A stretch of DNA of 64,000 nucleotides, from the NCBI GenBank assembly GCA_000002445.1, contig CP000070.1, positions 608,001 to 672,000 on the forward strand, read 5' to 3'. Of this stretch, positions 1 through 10,694 are shown in pieces. Under the pieces are notes generated by a model, which made no database searches, was not told where the DNA came from, and worked only from the letters and a program-made list of their open reading frames with translations. The DNA is from Trypanosoma brucei (Eukaryota). A program made the translations under genes and the position numbers. Within the stretch, counting starts at the first letter, position 1; each line of letters begins with the position of its first letter.

Positions 1-1924
1 GCATCACACCAGACAATGAAGGATACACACGACCCATATCGTCTAATGCCTTCGCCATGTTTATGGACCGCTGCGGCTCCGGCACATGTCTAGCGCAAGT
101 GGTGCACATGCTAGTTTCAATTTCCTGTACTCGCTTCTTAGTGCTTGTTGTACCCTCCGTAGGAGTGGCGTCGGTGTTCCATACCTTATGCTCCAAAGCT
201 CCCCTCCCACTTTTCAATAACGGCATGCAAACTGGTTGTTCAGATGGTTTCGTAGGTGTAGCCAAGTGAGCGTCACGCGTCGCCTTTCTTTTCTTGTTTG
301 GGGTATCGAATCGCAGAGGTATTTGTGGCACGAAACTCATGGTTCGAGTTAGCGATCGTGCATTCGCCAGTGTGGATTCTAGAGAGCAACTCTGTAGTAC
401 GCTGCGGCTAAGAGTGGTTTTAGCGTCATCGGACATGCTGTCGTTTTTTGACAGTGACCACCGTTTTTATTGTATTGTCTCGACCACGACTCTTTGGTCC
501 TATATTTACCTTCGCTCCGTGGCACTTCTACTGTTGATCGAAACCCCAATTGTCGGTCACTCCCTCACCACTTCGCTTCTTTGTATAACAATAATAATAA
601 TAATGAAGGTAGGAGGTGAGGCCCTTGCTGTTAAAATTGGCCCCCTCCCTCCCTTGTTCCGTATACACGTTTCACAGGATGCGTACAAGGATAAAGAAGA
701 AACAAATAGTGGGAAACAACTAATTTATGTACTTAAAGTTACGAACACCACAGTAGCAGAATTAAGAAAGAGGAATCGTAACACGCCGCAGTTCCCCGAC
801 CAGTAAAAAAAAGGGGGCGTGTAAGTCGCGTTAGCGGAGGCCGCAGTACTGCTACCAAACAACTACACGAGGAAACGAAGTAAACGGAGCGAGTGACTAT
901 CTGTATCCATGCGTAGTGGAGTATAGACATGATTAGCCCAAATTTCCCAACTACATTCCAACAAACTTCCCTCCCTTTCCTTTATAGCCACCAATAAGCT
1001 CTTCGTGGAAAGAACGAATCCTGGCAGAAAGCAGCTAAAACGGCTTTATATATATATATGTATATATGTAAGAGGACTCCTATTTTACTTTCTTTTTGAG
1101 GAAAAAGTATTCTCTGCAGCGCACCTTTCTTTCGATCTGTCACGCACACACAAGTCCTTCTCCCACGCCCTCTTTTAACCCACTTTCAACAGGTGAGAAA
1201 AAAGAAGTTAAAAAGAAGAGGTAAAAAAAAAATGCATCGGAGTGTGCGCACGAAGGCTCCTCATATGCACGTCATGCAAACATAACAATGCGCATTGTGG
1301 GCTGCCACTCTTCCTCAATACTTCAAAAACAAGCCCCTCCCCGAGTTTAAAGGTAGTCGTCACCGACTGTTGGCCTCCACACCGTTATTATTAAGTAACT
1401 TGTGTGACTCGACAACGCGCTGTCATCACAAATACACGCACGAATGACGAAGTGAAAAAAAATGAAGGAAAGAAGGGGGTAAGTGTAAACAAAACACAAT
1501 AATAATCTTATTCTTTATATTTTTTGTTTATTGTTTCACTTTTTGTTCGGCTCCTCCCTCAACTCGAATGGCAGCATCCACCATGAAATCCCTCATGTTC
1601 GCACGAGGATATTCTCCATCTACATGTAAGGCATTACACGCAACACACCACCACCGCTAGTGAGACGATCGATTTCTCGTGGAAAATAAAGAAGTCAACA
1701 GGTTGATTGTGCTCACCACCCCCTCCCTTTTCCTTTCTTTCAGTAAACCACACTCCACCCTATTACTCATACTCTTTTCAATCTCAGACATGCTCCACCT
1801 CCGCTTCAGTACATACGTCTCACGGTCTATCCCTAAACTGGATCAGCTTATCGCTACGGCTGCGCCTGCCAGGTAAACTCGTGAGCGATTGCACGCCTCT
1901 CCGTAAAAAGATGTTAAAAGAATC

Positions 1925-2851
1925 TCAGATAGGAGAAGTAGAGGTAGAAGGAGAAGCAGCGGCAGCCACAGCTACAGCCGGAGTAGCGGGTTGCACAGGA
2001 GTACAGAACGGGGGATCCTTCAACCACAACTTCAAACGGACGGCGTCGGAATGATCAAGGTAGTAGCGCGGCAGAAATTTAGACTTTGCGAATCCCAAAT
2101 TCAAGTACAATGAAAGAGCACGTTCGTTGTTTGTCGGAGTTTCCAGGTAAACTTCATCACACCCCTTTTCCCTCATGAGCTCAATAGTGAGCGTAACCAG
2201 CCGGCTCCCAAGCCGGAAACCACGGAACTCGGGGATAACGGCGAACATAGCTACGTAGCCGCGCAGCGGACTGTCAATGTGCTTGCGCGACACACGAGAA
2301 ACTACAGCCCCTACACGTTTGCCTTTCACGGACGCGTCAGGCACGTCCTCACCGTCGTAACCGTATGCAACAATTGTTAAATCAGGCCATCCGAAAATAA
2401 AATACTCATATGTGAAGCTGCTGTAAGGCTCTGTCAACTCCTTTGTGAACAGTTGTACGATAAAATTCATCACCTCTTCGTCACCATCGAATTGTTCATA
2501 GCGAATATACTTGTTGTCTGAAACCTTTTGCCAGGCCTTCTCCTCCTCTTTCAATGGCACGAGGGCTTTTGCCACCTCGGCATCACGTATTGCCTTCTCG
2601 TGCATCAGCCGCTCCGCTAGGAGCGACATCCGTAGACGATGCTCATCGACAAGCGGTTGAGCTGCAGCCACGGGTTTCGTAAGCACTTCCTCCATTTGCT
2701 TCTCCTCCAGGGCCATGGCCTGCTTCCGAGTCATTCCCTCCTTCGAGTTTTTCGACGGTACGGAAGTGCCCTCAATTGCAGCCACTAAAGCATCAATATC
2801 CACATCCTTGACGTTGTTCTTCGTCGCATTCTTTTTCCCTTTTTTTGGCAT
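1925..2851 (-). CDS. NAA30: N-alpha-acetyltransferase, NatC catalytic subunit-like (Naa30/Mak3 family GNAT)
   Basis: C-terminal ~160 aa align to the Naa30/Mak3 consensus (EPYSSFTYEYFIFGWP, RGYVAMFAV, CDEVYLETPTNNERALSLYLNLGF, RYYLDHSDAVRLKLWL). ATG confirmed at 2849-2851. Confidence 0.75.
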   Translation of the reverse strand: MPKKGKKNATKNNVKDVDIDALVAAIEGTSVPSKNSKEGMTRKQAMALEEKQMEEVLTKPVAAAQPLVDEHRLRMSLLAERLMHEKAIRDAEVAKALVPLKEEEKAWQKVSDNKYIRYEQFDGDEEVMNFIVQLFTKELTEPYSSFTYEYFIFGWPDLTIVAYGYDGEDVPDASVKGKRVGAVVSRVSRKHIDSPLRGYVAMFAVIPEFRGFRLGSRLVTLTIELMREKGCDEVYLETPTNNERALSLYLNLGFAKSKFLPRYYLDHSDAVRLKLWLKDPPFCTPVQPATPAVAVAAAASPSTSTSPI

Positions 2852-3039
2852 CTTATTCCACCTCCCTTGCGCCCTTTTTTTTTCTTTTCCTGACTTTCCC
2901 CCTTTTTAGATTACTTTGTGATTTGACGGTACTTCTCGTTAACGTCAACCGCCTCGGTCACGGGAGTCAAACTTAATACCCTCCTTTTTAATCGACGATT
3001 CTCACGTTATTTTATATTGTTTGTTATTGTAGAACCAAT

Positions 3040-3240
3040 ATGTGGAAAGTTAAAGCCACGAAACAAGCAAAAAACAGTTACAAATGCAACCGAACAGACA
3101 AACAAATCGAAGGCCAAATGAAAAGAGTAACATTTGAAAGAAAAGAGAAGACAGCAAAAGATAAACGAGGGGTGAAACCCAACAAGTTGCGCATTAAAAA
3201 AGGGAAGAAACAAAAGCACCGTTCACAGAAATGAAAATAA
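3040..3240 (-). promoter_or_regulatory. polypyrimidine tract (minus-strand sense) upstream of the Naa30-like gene; candidate SL trans-splice signal
   Basis: The plus strand is A/G-rich here (aaaaaagggaagaaacaaaagc...), so the minus strand is pyrimidine-rich. The tract sits between the RPS15 stop and the downstream gene's ATG. Confidence 0.4.
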
Positions 3241-3293
3241 AAACAAGACCAAACAAGTCATGGATTGCATCCCATTCAACTCTCCATGCTTCA

Positions 3294-3752
3294 CTACTTG
3301 AGGGGAATGAAACGAGAAGAGTGAGTCGCACCAAAACCGGGGCGGCCGTGAGCGACAGGTTTGTACGTCAGCGAGAACTCTCCAAGATAATGGCCAATCA
3401 TCTCACCCTTGATCTCCACCGCATTAAACTGGCGACCATTGTAGATTCCCACAACAGAACCCACCATCTCAGGCGTGATCACAACATCACGAAGGTGTGT
3501 CTTCACAGCTTTCGGTTTCTCACCGGCCTTCACGTTCTTCTTCGCCTCACGCAGGCGCTTCAAAAGCACAGGGGCGCGACGGTCCGCGTGGCGGTTCATG
3601 CGTCTACGGGCGCGAGCATGCACAAGTGCCTTGAACTCCTCCTCAGTGAGCGCAAGTAGTGGGTCGATTTCGTGGCCACGGTACGTGAATTTGTGGAAGG
3701 TACGCTCCTTCTTCAGCTGTTCGTACCGCTCCTGTGTAATGTTCGACGCCAT
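3294..3752 (-). CDS. RPS15: 40S ribosomal protein S15 (uS19)
   Basis: Near full-length match to eukaryotic RPS15 ([43 protein letters not shown]). The track ORF extends to 3812, but the conserved protein starts at MASNITQ (ATG at 3750-3752), giving 152 aa. Confidence 0.9.
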   Translation of the reverse strand: MASNITQERYEQLKKERTFHKFTYRGHEIDPLLALTEEEFKALVHARARRRMNRHADRRAPVLLKRLREAKKNVKAGEKPKAVKTHLRDVVITPEMVGSVVGIYNGRQFNAVEIKGEMIGHYLGEFSLTYKPVAHGRPGFGATHSSRFIPLK

Positions 3753-3774
3753 CGCTTCTTGCCTAGGATGACTA

Positions 3775-3870
3775 AAATAAACGTTGTAGTAGTGGAGGAA
3801 ACATATATACATAAAGAGACGGTTATATATGTTTCAATGCACAGGAGGGAAAATAGATATTAAAGCGGGA
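3775..3870 (-). promoter_or_regulatory. polypyrimidine-rich tract upstream of RPS15
   Basis: The plus strand is purine-rich (gtagtagtggaggaaacatatatacataaagagacgg...ggagggaaaatag) immediately 5' of the RPS15 ATG in minus sense. Confidence 0.35.
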
Positions 3871-4381
3871 GGACGTATCGTACCACCACGTAAAAGAAGC
3901 CGTCACTAAAACTCTGTGGATACTGCCATCTGGAACTCGATATGTGCTTTGCCATCCTTTATTTGCAACGAAGGCAGGTGCAAGTATGCATCTCAATATC
4001 TTCGTGTTTACTTCCCATTCCGTGCATTATCATTTAGTTCTAACTAATGTTACCCACAACACATCAATTAGCTTCAAAACACTGCTGCATGGAGTTAGGG
4101 TCCCCATCACTCTGTTTTCTTGCAGTGCTTTCAACTCACCTGGTGCGCACACCTCTTCGCACAACATCACCGAATGATGAGAACCTCTGATGTATCGTGT
4201 CTCACGTAGGTGTGTTACACAGAGGCATGGGTATGTGCTACCAGCCTCACCGCATGTCGTTTCAACACACGCAGATGCGCAGTGAACAACACAAGGCATA
4301 CCCAGCACCCAAAGATTCCAGCGGCAATGCAGTATTCGTATCGCGGATACGGGGAAAAAATGTTAAGCAATGGGTATCACT

Positions 4382-4750
4382 TTACTCATCTGGAGAACCC
4401 TCCGTCATGCGCACCTTCCCCACAGCCTCTACGTACTCTTCCATCAAACTATCCAACGAAGCTTTTGCCGATTCTTCGCTGCCCGCCGACGGCTTATGGG
4501 ATTGCTCTCCCGAGCTTCCCTTTTGTTTGAAGTCAAATCGAATTCCCAAATCGTCTTGCAATGGTTTTCCCTCCCAAACGTCGGAGCCATTCGCCCGCAG
4601 AGCACCGAGCAATTGGTCAAGTTTACCCTCTAACGAATCGCTGGGGTAAGTCGATCCCGCAGTGCCAGTCCCATTGCCACAACTCACGTCGTCTTCCTTT
4701 CCCAATGCGGCTAAAAGCGCCTTCATATCCCCCGCGAGGTCCTTGTCCAT
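4382..4750 (-). CDS. hypothetical small acidic protein
   Basis: 122 aa ORF lying in PTU orientation between RPS15 and the next gene. The first codon of the track ORF is GTG; the second codon is ATG (4748-4750). I recognised no domain. Confidence 0.4.
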   Translation of the reverse strand: MDKDLAGDMKALLAALGKEDDVSCGNGTGTAGSTYPSDSLEGKLDQLLGALRANGSDVWEGKPLQDDLGIRFDFKQKGSSGEQSHKPSAGSEESAKASLDSLMEEYVEAVGKVRMTEGSPDE

Positions 4751-5866
4751 CACGCTCCTACCAATGGCGGGAACGAAACTTTGAAAACCGTATTTTATAT
4801 ACCTTTTCGCCTATAACCTTCCTCGTTGTGGAGTGCAACCCCAGTTGTAATTAATGATTCTTTTGTGTCACCGCTGAAGTAAAGAAAAAAACATAGAAAA
4901 GATGAAACATAAATGCACGGTCAAAAGCACTTCCAGGAGAACTGCTTGCAATCATACGCACAGGCACAGACACGGACACAGACACACACACACACGCGCG
5001 CGCAAGGAAGTAACAATTAGGTAAAAAGCCACGACACCTGTTTTAAATCCCATAAACAAGAACACGCCCAACATATCTCTTCATGTGTGAGGTGGGTTGT
5101 GACGGTGCGTTATTTGAAGGCGCTTGGTCTCAACTTCAAGCCGTTCCCATCAACACTCACTTCCTCTCTTAACACCTTTATTTCCCTCTGGGCGTGTATA
5201 CATGTGTGTTTATGCGATTACTTGATGGCGAATGAGTCGTCAAACCCATATTCACATTCATACAAGCTGCGTGTAATCACCCCATCATGGATATGTTAAT
5301 ATTGATGTGATCCTTATACCACCTCCCTTCCCCCCAACAACAATAACAATTTTGATCTGTTCTCAAGCCACGGGGCATGAATCCAACGAAGGATCGAAAA
5401 ATTACAGAATGAATATATTTAGAAAAGGACACATTTAGCTGCTGACACAACACCAACATCTCTCTCCCATTCTTTTTCCCTTACTCCGTCTCCAACAAGT
5501 GCAACCTGCATGCTACTAAACCGATAGTGATGCAGTTATCGCTTGAAAAAAAAAGGAACAAAAGGGGGGAAAGAAAGAAAAGGCATTTGTTTTTTTTTTG
5601 CCATTTTCTTTGTTGTCCTTTAGTTTTGTCACTTGAACAAAGTTGCTACAGACAGACACGCACACACGTATATATGTGTGTCCGTATGCAGGTAGTGAAG
5701 AGCCGTGAGTGTGGGAACCCACACCGCATGCGTTGCCTTTCACACCTTTCCCTCTCTATGGATTCTATAATTTGTCAGCACTAAAACCGTGCCGTCTGTA
5801 CCGGCGGCGGCGCTCTCGCATCTCCACACTTGCACCCTCCCCCTCCCTACACCGTGAAGGGCAACA

Positions 5867-8722
5867 TTACTTTATAAGCTGCCGAAGAATAAGCGAAACC
5901 TTGCTCGATTTTTTGATGCTATCCATCGCCTGCAACCTGATCGACTTCGTCGCATTATGTAGATCGATACCATTCACTCCATCCACCTGCCATGAAATCT
6001 GTCCGGCATCATCTGGAACCAATGTTTTCATAAACGGATGAGTCTTTAGTGCCGCTGAGACAGGAGGAAGACGAGTCAACACAAGCTTATCTCCTCCATG
6101 TGTCATGCTGATATCCCAGGACGTTTTTAGGTCAGGGCGGCGCAACTCCATGTTCATACCGTCGAAGTGATCGAGGGTAACAGCGTTCTCAAACGTCAGT
6201 GGAGGAGCTTCCTTCAGTTCAGCCATGACCTCAGGAGTCATGGCGACACTGCCCTTTGGGGCCACTGCTATGCGCACCGCAGCTGCATCACCACCGCCGG
6301 GAGAGGTTGACGAAGAAGATTCTTTTTTGCTTTCGCTCTTCCTGGATACTACCACAGCCGCATCGGAGCGCGGTTTTACGTCTACAAGTGGCTTGTCTAC
6401 CACACCTTGAGCCTCCGCTGCCTCCTTCAACGATGTACCAGCACCACTGTCTGCTTTCTTTCCACCTTCGGGAGTCTCCTCTTTAGCCTCTCCATCCTTA
6501 GATTCACTATCCTTCGCCTTATTGCTTTTCCTCCCCCTTGTACGTTTCTCCTCGCCCTCTTCCTTGTCTTTTCCCTTCTTTGTCTTTCCACCCTTTTTCT
6601 CCTTTCCACTCTTCTTCGCAGCCTTTGACAGTTTCTTTCCCGCTTTCTTCCGGGCATCCTCCTTGTCCTTCTTCTTCTTTTCAGAGGCCTTTTTCTCAGC
6701 TTTCCTTTTCTTGGTTGCCTCACCCTTTTCCTCACCTTCCGTTGTCCCAACCTTTTTGGTCTCCTTCGTCGCTACCGTCGAGGATCTCACCTCCCCCGAA
6801 GTTTCTGCGGTTCTGTCATCGGTTTCTGATGAATGGAGCGTCTTCCGGCGGCGGCCCCGCTTTTTGGGTTCCGTTTTCTCGCTACCTTCATGTTGTGTCT
6901 CCTCATCTCCCTGCTCCCGTGTTCCCTGTCCTTCTGGCAGCGGCCTATCCGAGTCGGTACCATGCCGGTGTTGTGAATCCAGGTTTCCAGCATTCTTGAT
7001 TTCGTCATCCGCAGCCGAACGCATAACGTTGCTCTTTGACCCCCCTCTCTCTGCGAGTTCAGCACCCTCCAACTTCTCGATTTCCATGGCCTTCGGTTGC
7101 CGCCGTGAGTTCCCCACCCCCACCGCAACTGATCCGTCCTTGGAATCAGAATTTACAGTGGCAACGGTTTGCAATCTCAAAATAAGGAAAAGGGAGCTGC
7201 GCATAACGTCATCAAGGAAAGAATTGTTTTTCGGCTCGCATCCATTGACTTGGGCAACGTGCAGATTACCGAGGTGGGTGTTAATGAACTCACTCGCCGC
7301 ATTTGAAAGCGAAATATTCGGGGAAACACTATCTAGTATCAACTGGTTTTCACCATTCGCAACCAATTTGAGCTTCCAATCTACGGAAACAGATGGCCGC
7401 TTTAGAATAAGGCACGCTTCCTGCCCAGAAGCACCTTCCCCCCCTTGCGGTATAATGTTAAACGAAACCTCCTGAGGATCATGCATGCCCGAAACACCTG
7501 CAACAAGCAACGAGACTTTTGTTACCTTACTCTTTAGTATGTTTTGTAACTTCTCCAGACGCGACACTCGGACTTCCTCACTTACATCACCATCGGCCTC
7601 TTGTTCCCCAGGTTCACGAATAGTTACCCCATTTATATTATAAATCGGTAATCCACCCTCGCTTAGTTGGAGGGCATGGAAGAGTTCACCACCGGTTGAT
7701 GTGGCAGTCCGCAGTGTATTTTCCACTCCAATCAGTTTGCTCGCCATATTGATCAATAAACCCCATTTAAACGACGAGGCAGACCGCTCAATTGTGATCT
7801 TTCCGGAAGAGGGGTCGTAGTAAGTTACAGTAACAGGAGGATCGCTTATATCTTGCGGGGGGAATGGAAGGGAAGGCGTGATACGGGTGGTTTCCAGGTT
7901 CAGTCGATCCGGTTGTACCATCAACATCCATCCCAAAAGACTGTAGAATGACTGGACCACCAAATTCGCCGTAGTCCCATCCGCCGCAGCAGTTTCACGA
8001 GGTATCGAGTTGCTGCCGTTAGAGGTCAACGGTGCACTTATGGAATCGAATGCTGTTACCAGCGCAGCACGGAACTGAAGAAAGTCCTGTGTGTTCTTTT
8101 TGGTAGCCGCAAGAGCCTGAAGTTCCACATCTGTCCGTCGGGAATTCGCTGGTGAGGCTTCTTCTGCAGCGAGGCGCGCCTCCAGCCGCTGGCACACGAC
8201 TCCATAGTTATCCCGCACCACACCTGTGCAGAGTACAGCGGTAAGTGAAACCACAGCCTTAGCACATGCACTCCGTTCGGCAAAAATCTTTTCTAGACGT
8301 GGCATAAACACCTCAGCTTCTTCATCCGAGCCACAAGGTACGAGTACCTCGCCGTCGCTTCCGACCGCACAGGAAGCGAAGGCGAGCATAACGCTCTTTT
8401 GCACCAGATAGAGGGCTTCTTTCGGAGTTAACCTCGAGTCAAACTCCAGTATTCGGCGGAGCTCACGAAGCACCACACCTTGTACGCGCGACACCTCGGA
8501 GCGAAAAACTCGGTCGTGCTCAGGGTTAATCACCACTTGTTTCAGTGTTTTGTCATATTTCATAAATGGTGTCAATAGACGGGTTTTTAGACCAACAATG
8601 GAATTAACAAATGAAACATCCGGTGATGTAGCATCGGATGTCTGAGAGCCAGAGTGGTCAGCCTTCCTTGAAGCAGCGGATTCCTTCCGATCCTGCTTAG
8701 CGCCGCCACGAGGCCGATACAT
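5867..8722 (-). CDS. hypothetical protein with a long K/E-rich low-complexity segment (possible chromatin or nucleolar basic protein)
   Basis: Large ORF in PTU orientation. The track ORF starts at GTG (8797); the first in-frame ATG (MYRPRGG) is at 8720-8722. A segment of about 280 nt (~6480-6760) is CT-rich on the plus strand and encodes KKRKAEKKASEKKKKDKE...-type sequence. Confidence 0.55.
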   Translation of the reverse strand: MYRPRGGAKQDRKESAASRKADHSGSQTSDATSPDVSFVNSIVGLKTRLLTPFMKYDKTLKQVVINPEHDRVFRSEVSRVQGVVLRELRRILEFDSRLTPKEALYLVQKSVMLAFASCAVGSDGEVLVPCGSDEEAEVFMPRLEKIFAERSACAKAVVSLTAVLCTGVVRDNYGVVCQRLEARLAAEEASPANSRRTDVELQALAATKKNTQDFLQFRAALVTAFDSISAPLTSNGSNSIPRETAAADGTTANLVVQSFYSLLGWMLMVQPDRLNLETTRITPSLPFPPQDISDPPVTVTYYDPSSGKITIERSASSFKWGLLINMASKLIGVENTLRTATSTGGELFHALQLSEGGLPIYNINGVTIREPGEQEADGDVSEEVRVSRLEKLQNILKSKVTKVSLLVAGVSGMHDPQEVSFNIIPQGGEGASGQEACLILKRPSVSVDWKLKLVANGENQLILDSVSPNISLSNAASEFINTHLGNLHVAQVNGCEPKNNSFLDDVMRSSLFLILRLQTVATVNSDSKDGSVAVGVGNSRRQPKAMEIEKLEGAELAERGGSKSNVMRSAADDEIKNAGNLDSQHRHGTDSDRPLPEGQGTREQGDEETQHEGSEKTEPKKRGRRRKTLHSSETDDRTAETSGEVRSSTVATKETKKVGTTEGEEKGEATKKRKAEKKASEKKKKDKEDARKKAGKKLSKAAKKSGKEKKGGKTKKGKDKEEGEEKRTRGRKSNKAKDSESKDGEAKEETPEGGKKADSGAGTSLKEAAEAQGVVDKPLVDVKPRSDAAVVVSRKSESKKESSSSTSPGGGDAAAVRIAVAPKGSVAMTPEVMAELKEAPPLTFENAVTLDHFDGMNMELRRPDLKTSWDISMTHGGDKLVLTRLPPVSAALKTHPFMKTLVPDDAGQISWQVDGVNGIDLHNATKSIRLQAMDSIKKSSKVSLILRQLIK

Positions 8723-9416
8723 TTTGTCGCTAGGGTAAAGGGAAAGATCAGAGTATGAAGTGCGCTGTCCGCAATTCTTCGCTCTCACCTCACTCACTCT
8801 TTGCCCAACACAATCCGCAGAAAAAGAATAAAAGGCTAAACTGATGGTGCTCTACGCAGACACTGGTAGATGAAGGGCCCTAGGTTATACCGTATTCAAA
8901 GATAAAACGACGCGCCGCGCAATAAACATAAACGTTCACCAAGATTTTTAAAAAAAAGGAGAATGAAACAAAAAAGAGCTATCTATCTACCAAGTATTCG
9001 AAGAGATCAAAAGCAGTGACAGTTCACGCGCTTCACTTGCAACACCAACCCCTGAAAGGGATGGCTAGGAGATTAATGCCTTCCGTTCCTTAAAAGAAAG
9101 AAGTTATAATGATAAATTATTAATAGAACTAACGCAGAACACGCATCGGATTCAATCACCATAAAGTGCTCCCAATACTAAAACTTTCACACACACACAC
9201 ACCTCCCTCCCTTGTGGCTTCCTAATGATGCGACTCGTCCGTAACTTCCTGAAGGAAGAGTGAAAAAAATTCAGAGTATGCGATCGTGCCAGAAGAGGGG
9301 TGCCATACTACACACACACACTCCCTCACCTCACCGTTGCTACAATCGCGTGTGCATGATACTTCCTTTTTCCCGTTGCATTTCAGTCGTCCAACCCCCT
9401 CCTGCGAAAACTTCAA

Positions 9417-10694
9417 TCACTTTACAATAGCATTTGTTATTCCCGGAACAGTTAGGACACCGAGGGGGTGCTGCGCGGGAATATCACCCCAACGCACGAT
9501 GCTCTGATCATCCACGCGAAGAGGACCGAGAAGACCCGTTGCAGCATTGCCTGAAAGTTGCTTTGTTTCAAGTAGCGCTTCTTTGTTGTAAGCCTCGCCA
9601 AAAAGAATACGGTCCCCAGGTTTTGCACCCTCAGGTGGCTGTACGATCCGCAGGCTAGTTTCATTGGAAGCACAAAGGATCATACCGTGTGAATTGATGT
9701 CCCTAAGGGATCTGGGTTTCAGGTTGCATACAGTAATGCACAGCGTTCCCTCCACCTCTTCAGCCTTGTAGTAGTCTACGAGACCACTAACCACAGTGCG
9801 TGTTTCTGTACCAATGTCCATGTCCTCAACGAAAAGCCGATCGGAATTGGGGTGCCTTCTAACGTTGAGAAAGCGGCCCACACGCAAATCCAACTGATTG
9901 GGATTCAATGGCACTACTTCCTTCTTTTTCTCTGGCGAAGATATACCATCTTTTGCAGTAGTAGCAGAAGCAGCGGAGGCAGCGGCATTTGCAGCTTTGG
10001 CCAACTTCGCCTTCTCCTTCTCCTGCTTTCGGCGCAGTATTTCCTCATCAGAGGGTTTGGCGAATACAGGTTTGTCACCCTTAGCCTTTCCTCCGCCAGT
10101 GGCACCAGCTTTACCACCGGTTGCAACTGGATTAAATTGAGAAAATGCATCACCCTCCAAATTTGGAATGAGCGGAGCAACTCTCTCGTTGCTTCGAGTG
10201 TGGAGTGCCCAAGCTTTCACGCACGGGTATGCCTCAGGTGTCCACAAGGGATGATTGTGTACGGCCACGTATAAGAGCAGGTCCGCGATTGTGGGAAATG
10301 TTCCTCCAGTTAAGAAACCCTTTTTCCCATCACTGAGGTCAATGCATTTCTCCACTTGCAGCAACAAGTGTCCCATGAAACTCGTGCAGCCGGAGTCCTT
10401 GAAAGTTTGTGTAGGTTCATTCGAGACGAGCAGCGACGCCCAGAGCAACCACTGATTCACCAATGGAGCCACATCCGGGGCTGCACCAACAAATTCCTTT
10501 AATTTAGCATCCACTGCCGTCTTCCGCAACGCGGAAACAAGTGGCACAAGTCCACTATGTGTCTTTGGTCCCGTTACAACAGCGAAACACTCACCTCCAG
10601 AGTTTACATTCTCGGCAGGAACCCCAAACATGTTGAGTACGTCCCTCAGCACCTTGCAAAAGGGTGATTTTTCCTGAAGAACGTACTTGTACAT
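9417..10694 (-). CDS. tRNA-binding protein, Arc1p/AIMP1 (EMAP-II)-like, with GST-C-like N-terminal domain
   Basis: The C-terminus carries the Myf/EMAP-II OB-fold signature (LDLRVGRF..HPNSDRLFVEDMDIG..RTVVSGLVDYY..LCITVCNLKPRSLRDINSHGMILCAS). The N-terminus has GST C-terminal-like motifs (TFPTIADLLLYVAV). ATG confirmed at 10692-10694. Confidence 0.7.
   Translation of the reverse strand: MYKYVLQEKSPFCKVLRDVLNMFGVPAENVNSGGECFAVVTGPKTHSGLVPLVSALRKTAVDAKLKEFVGAAPDVAPLVNQWLLWASLLVSNEPTQTFKDSGCTSFMGHLLLQVEKCIDLSDGKKGFLTGGTFPTIADLLLYVAVHNHPLWTPEAYPCVKAWALHTRSNERVAPLIPNLEGDAFSQFNPVATGGKAGATGGGKAKGDKPVFAKPSDEEILRRKQEKEKAKLAKAANAAASAASATTAKDGISSPEKKKEVVPLNPNQLDLRVGRFLNVRRHPNSDRLFVEDMDIGTETRTVVSGLVDYYKAEEVEGTLCITVCNLKPRSLRDINSHGMILCASNETSLRIVQPPEGAKPGDRILFGEAYNKEALLETKQLSGNAATGLLGPLRVDDQSIVRWGDIPAQHPLGVLTVPGITNAIVK

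Noticed and set aside
1-1924. Possible gene in the first 1.9 kb (plus-strand ORFs 57..269 and 294..806)
   Set aside because: The plus-strand ORFs oppose the PTU and show no recognisable homology. The region has intergenic character (microsatellite at ~1041, homopolymers), and no minus-strand ORF longer than 63 aa exists. It is treated as the 3' UTR and intergenic region downstream of the Naa30-like gene.
3231-3659. 142 aa plus-strand ORF overlapping RPS15
   Set aside because: An antisense shadow ORF of a highly conserved ribosomal protein gene. It shows no homology and opposes the PTU orientation.
4171-4200. C-box-like ATGATGA followed by CTGA (aatgatgagaacctctgatg) between RPS15 and the next gene
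   Set aside because: The spacing is far too short for a C/D snoRNA. It is on the plus strand, opposite the PTU. No terminal stem or rRNA-complementary guide could be identified, so it is most likely chance.
6522-7475. 317 aa plus-strand ORF (F/S/L/P-rich)
   Set aside because: It lies antisense to the K/E-rich block of the minus-strand gene. Its low-complexity translation comes from the CT-rich plus strand, and its orientation opposes the transcription unit.
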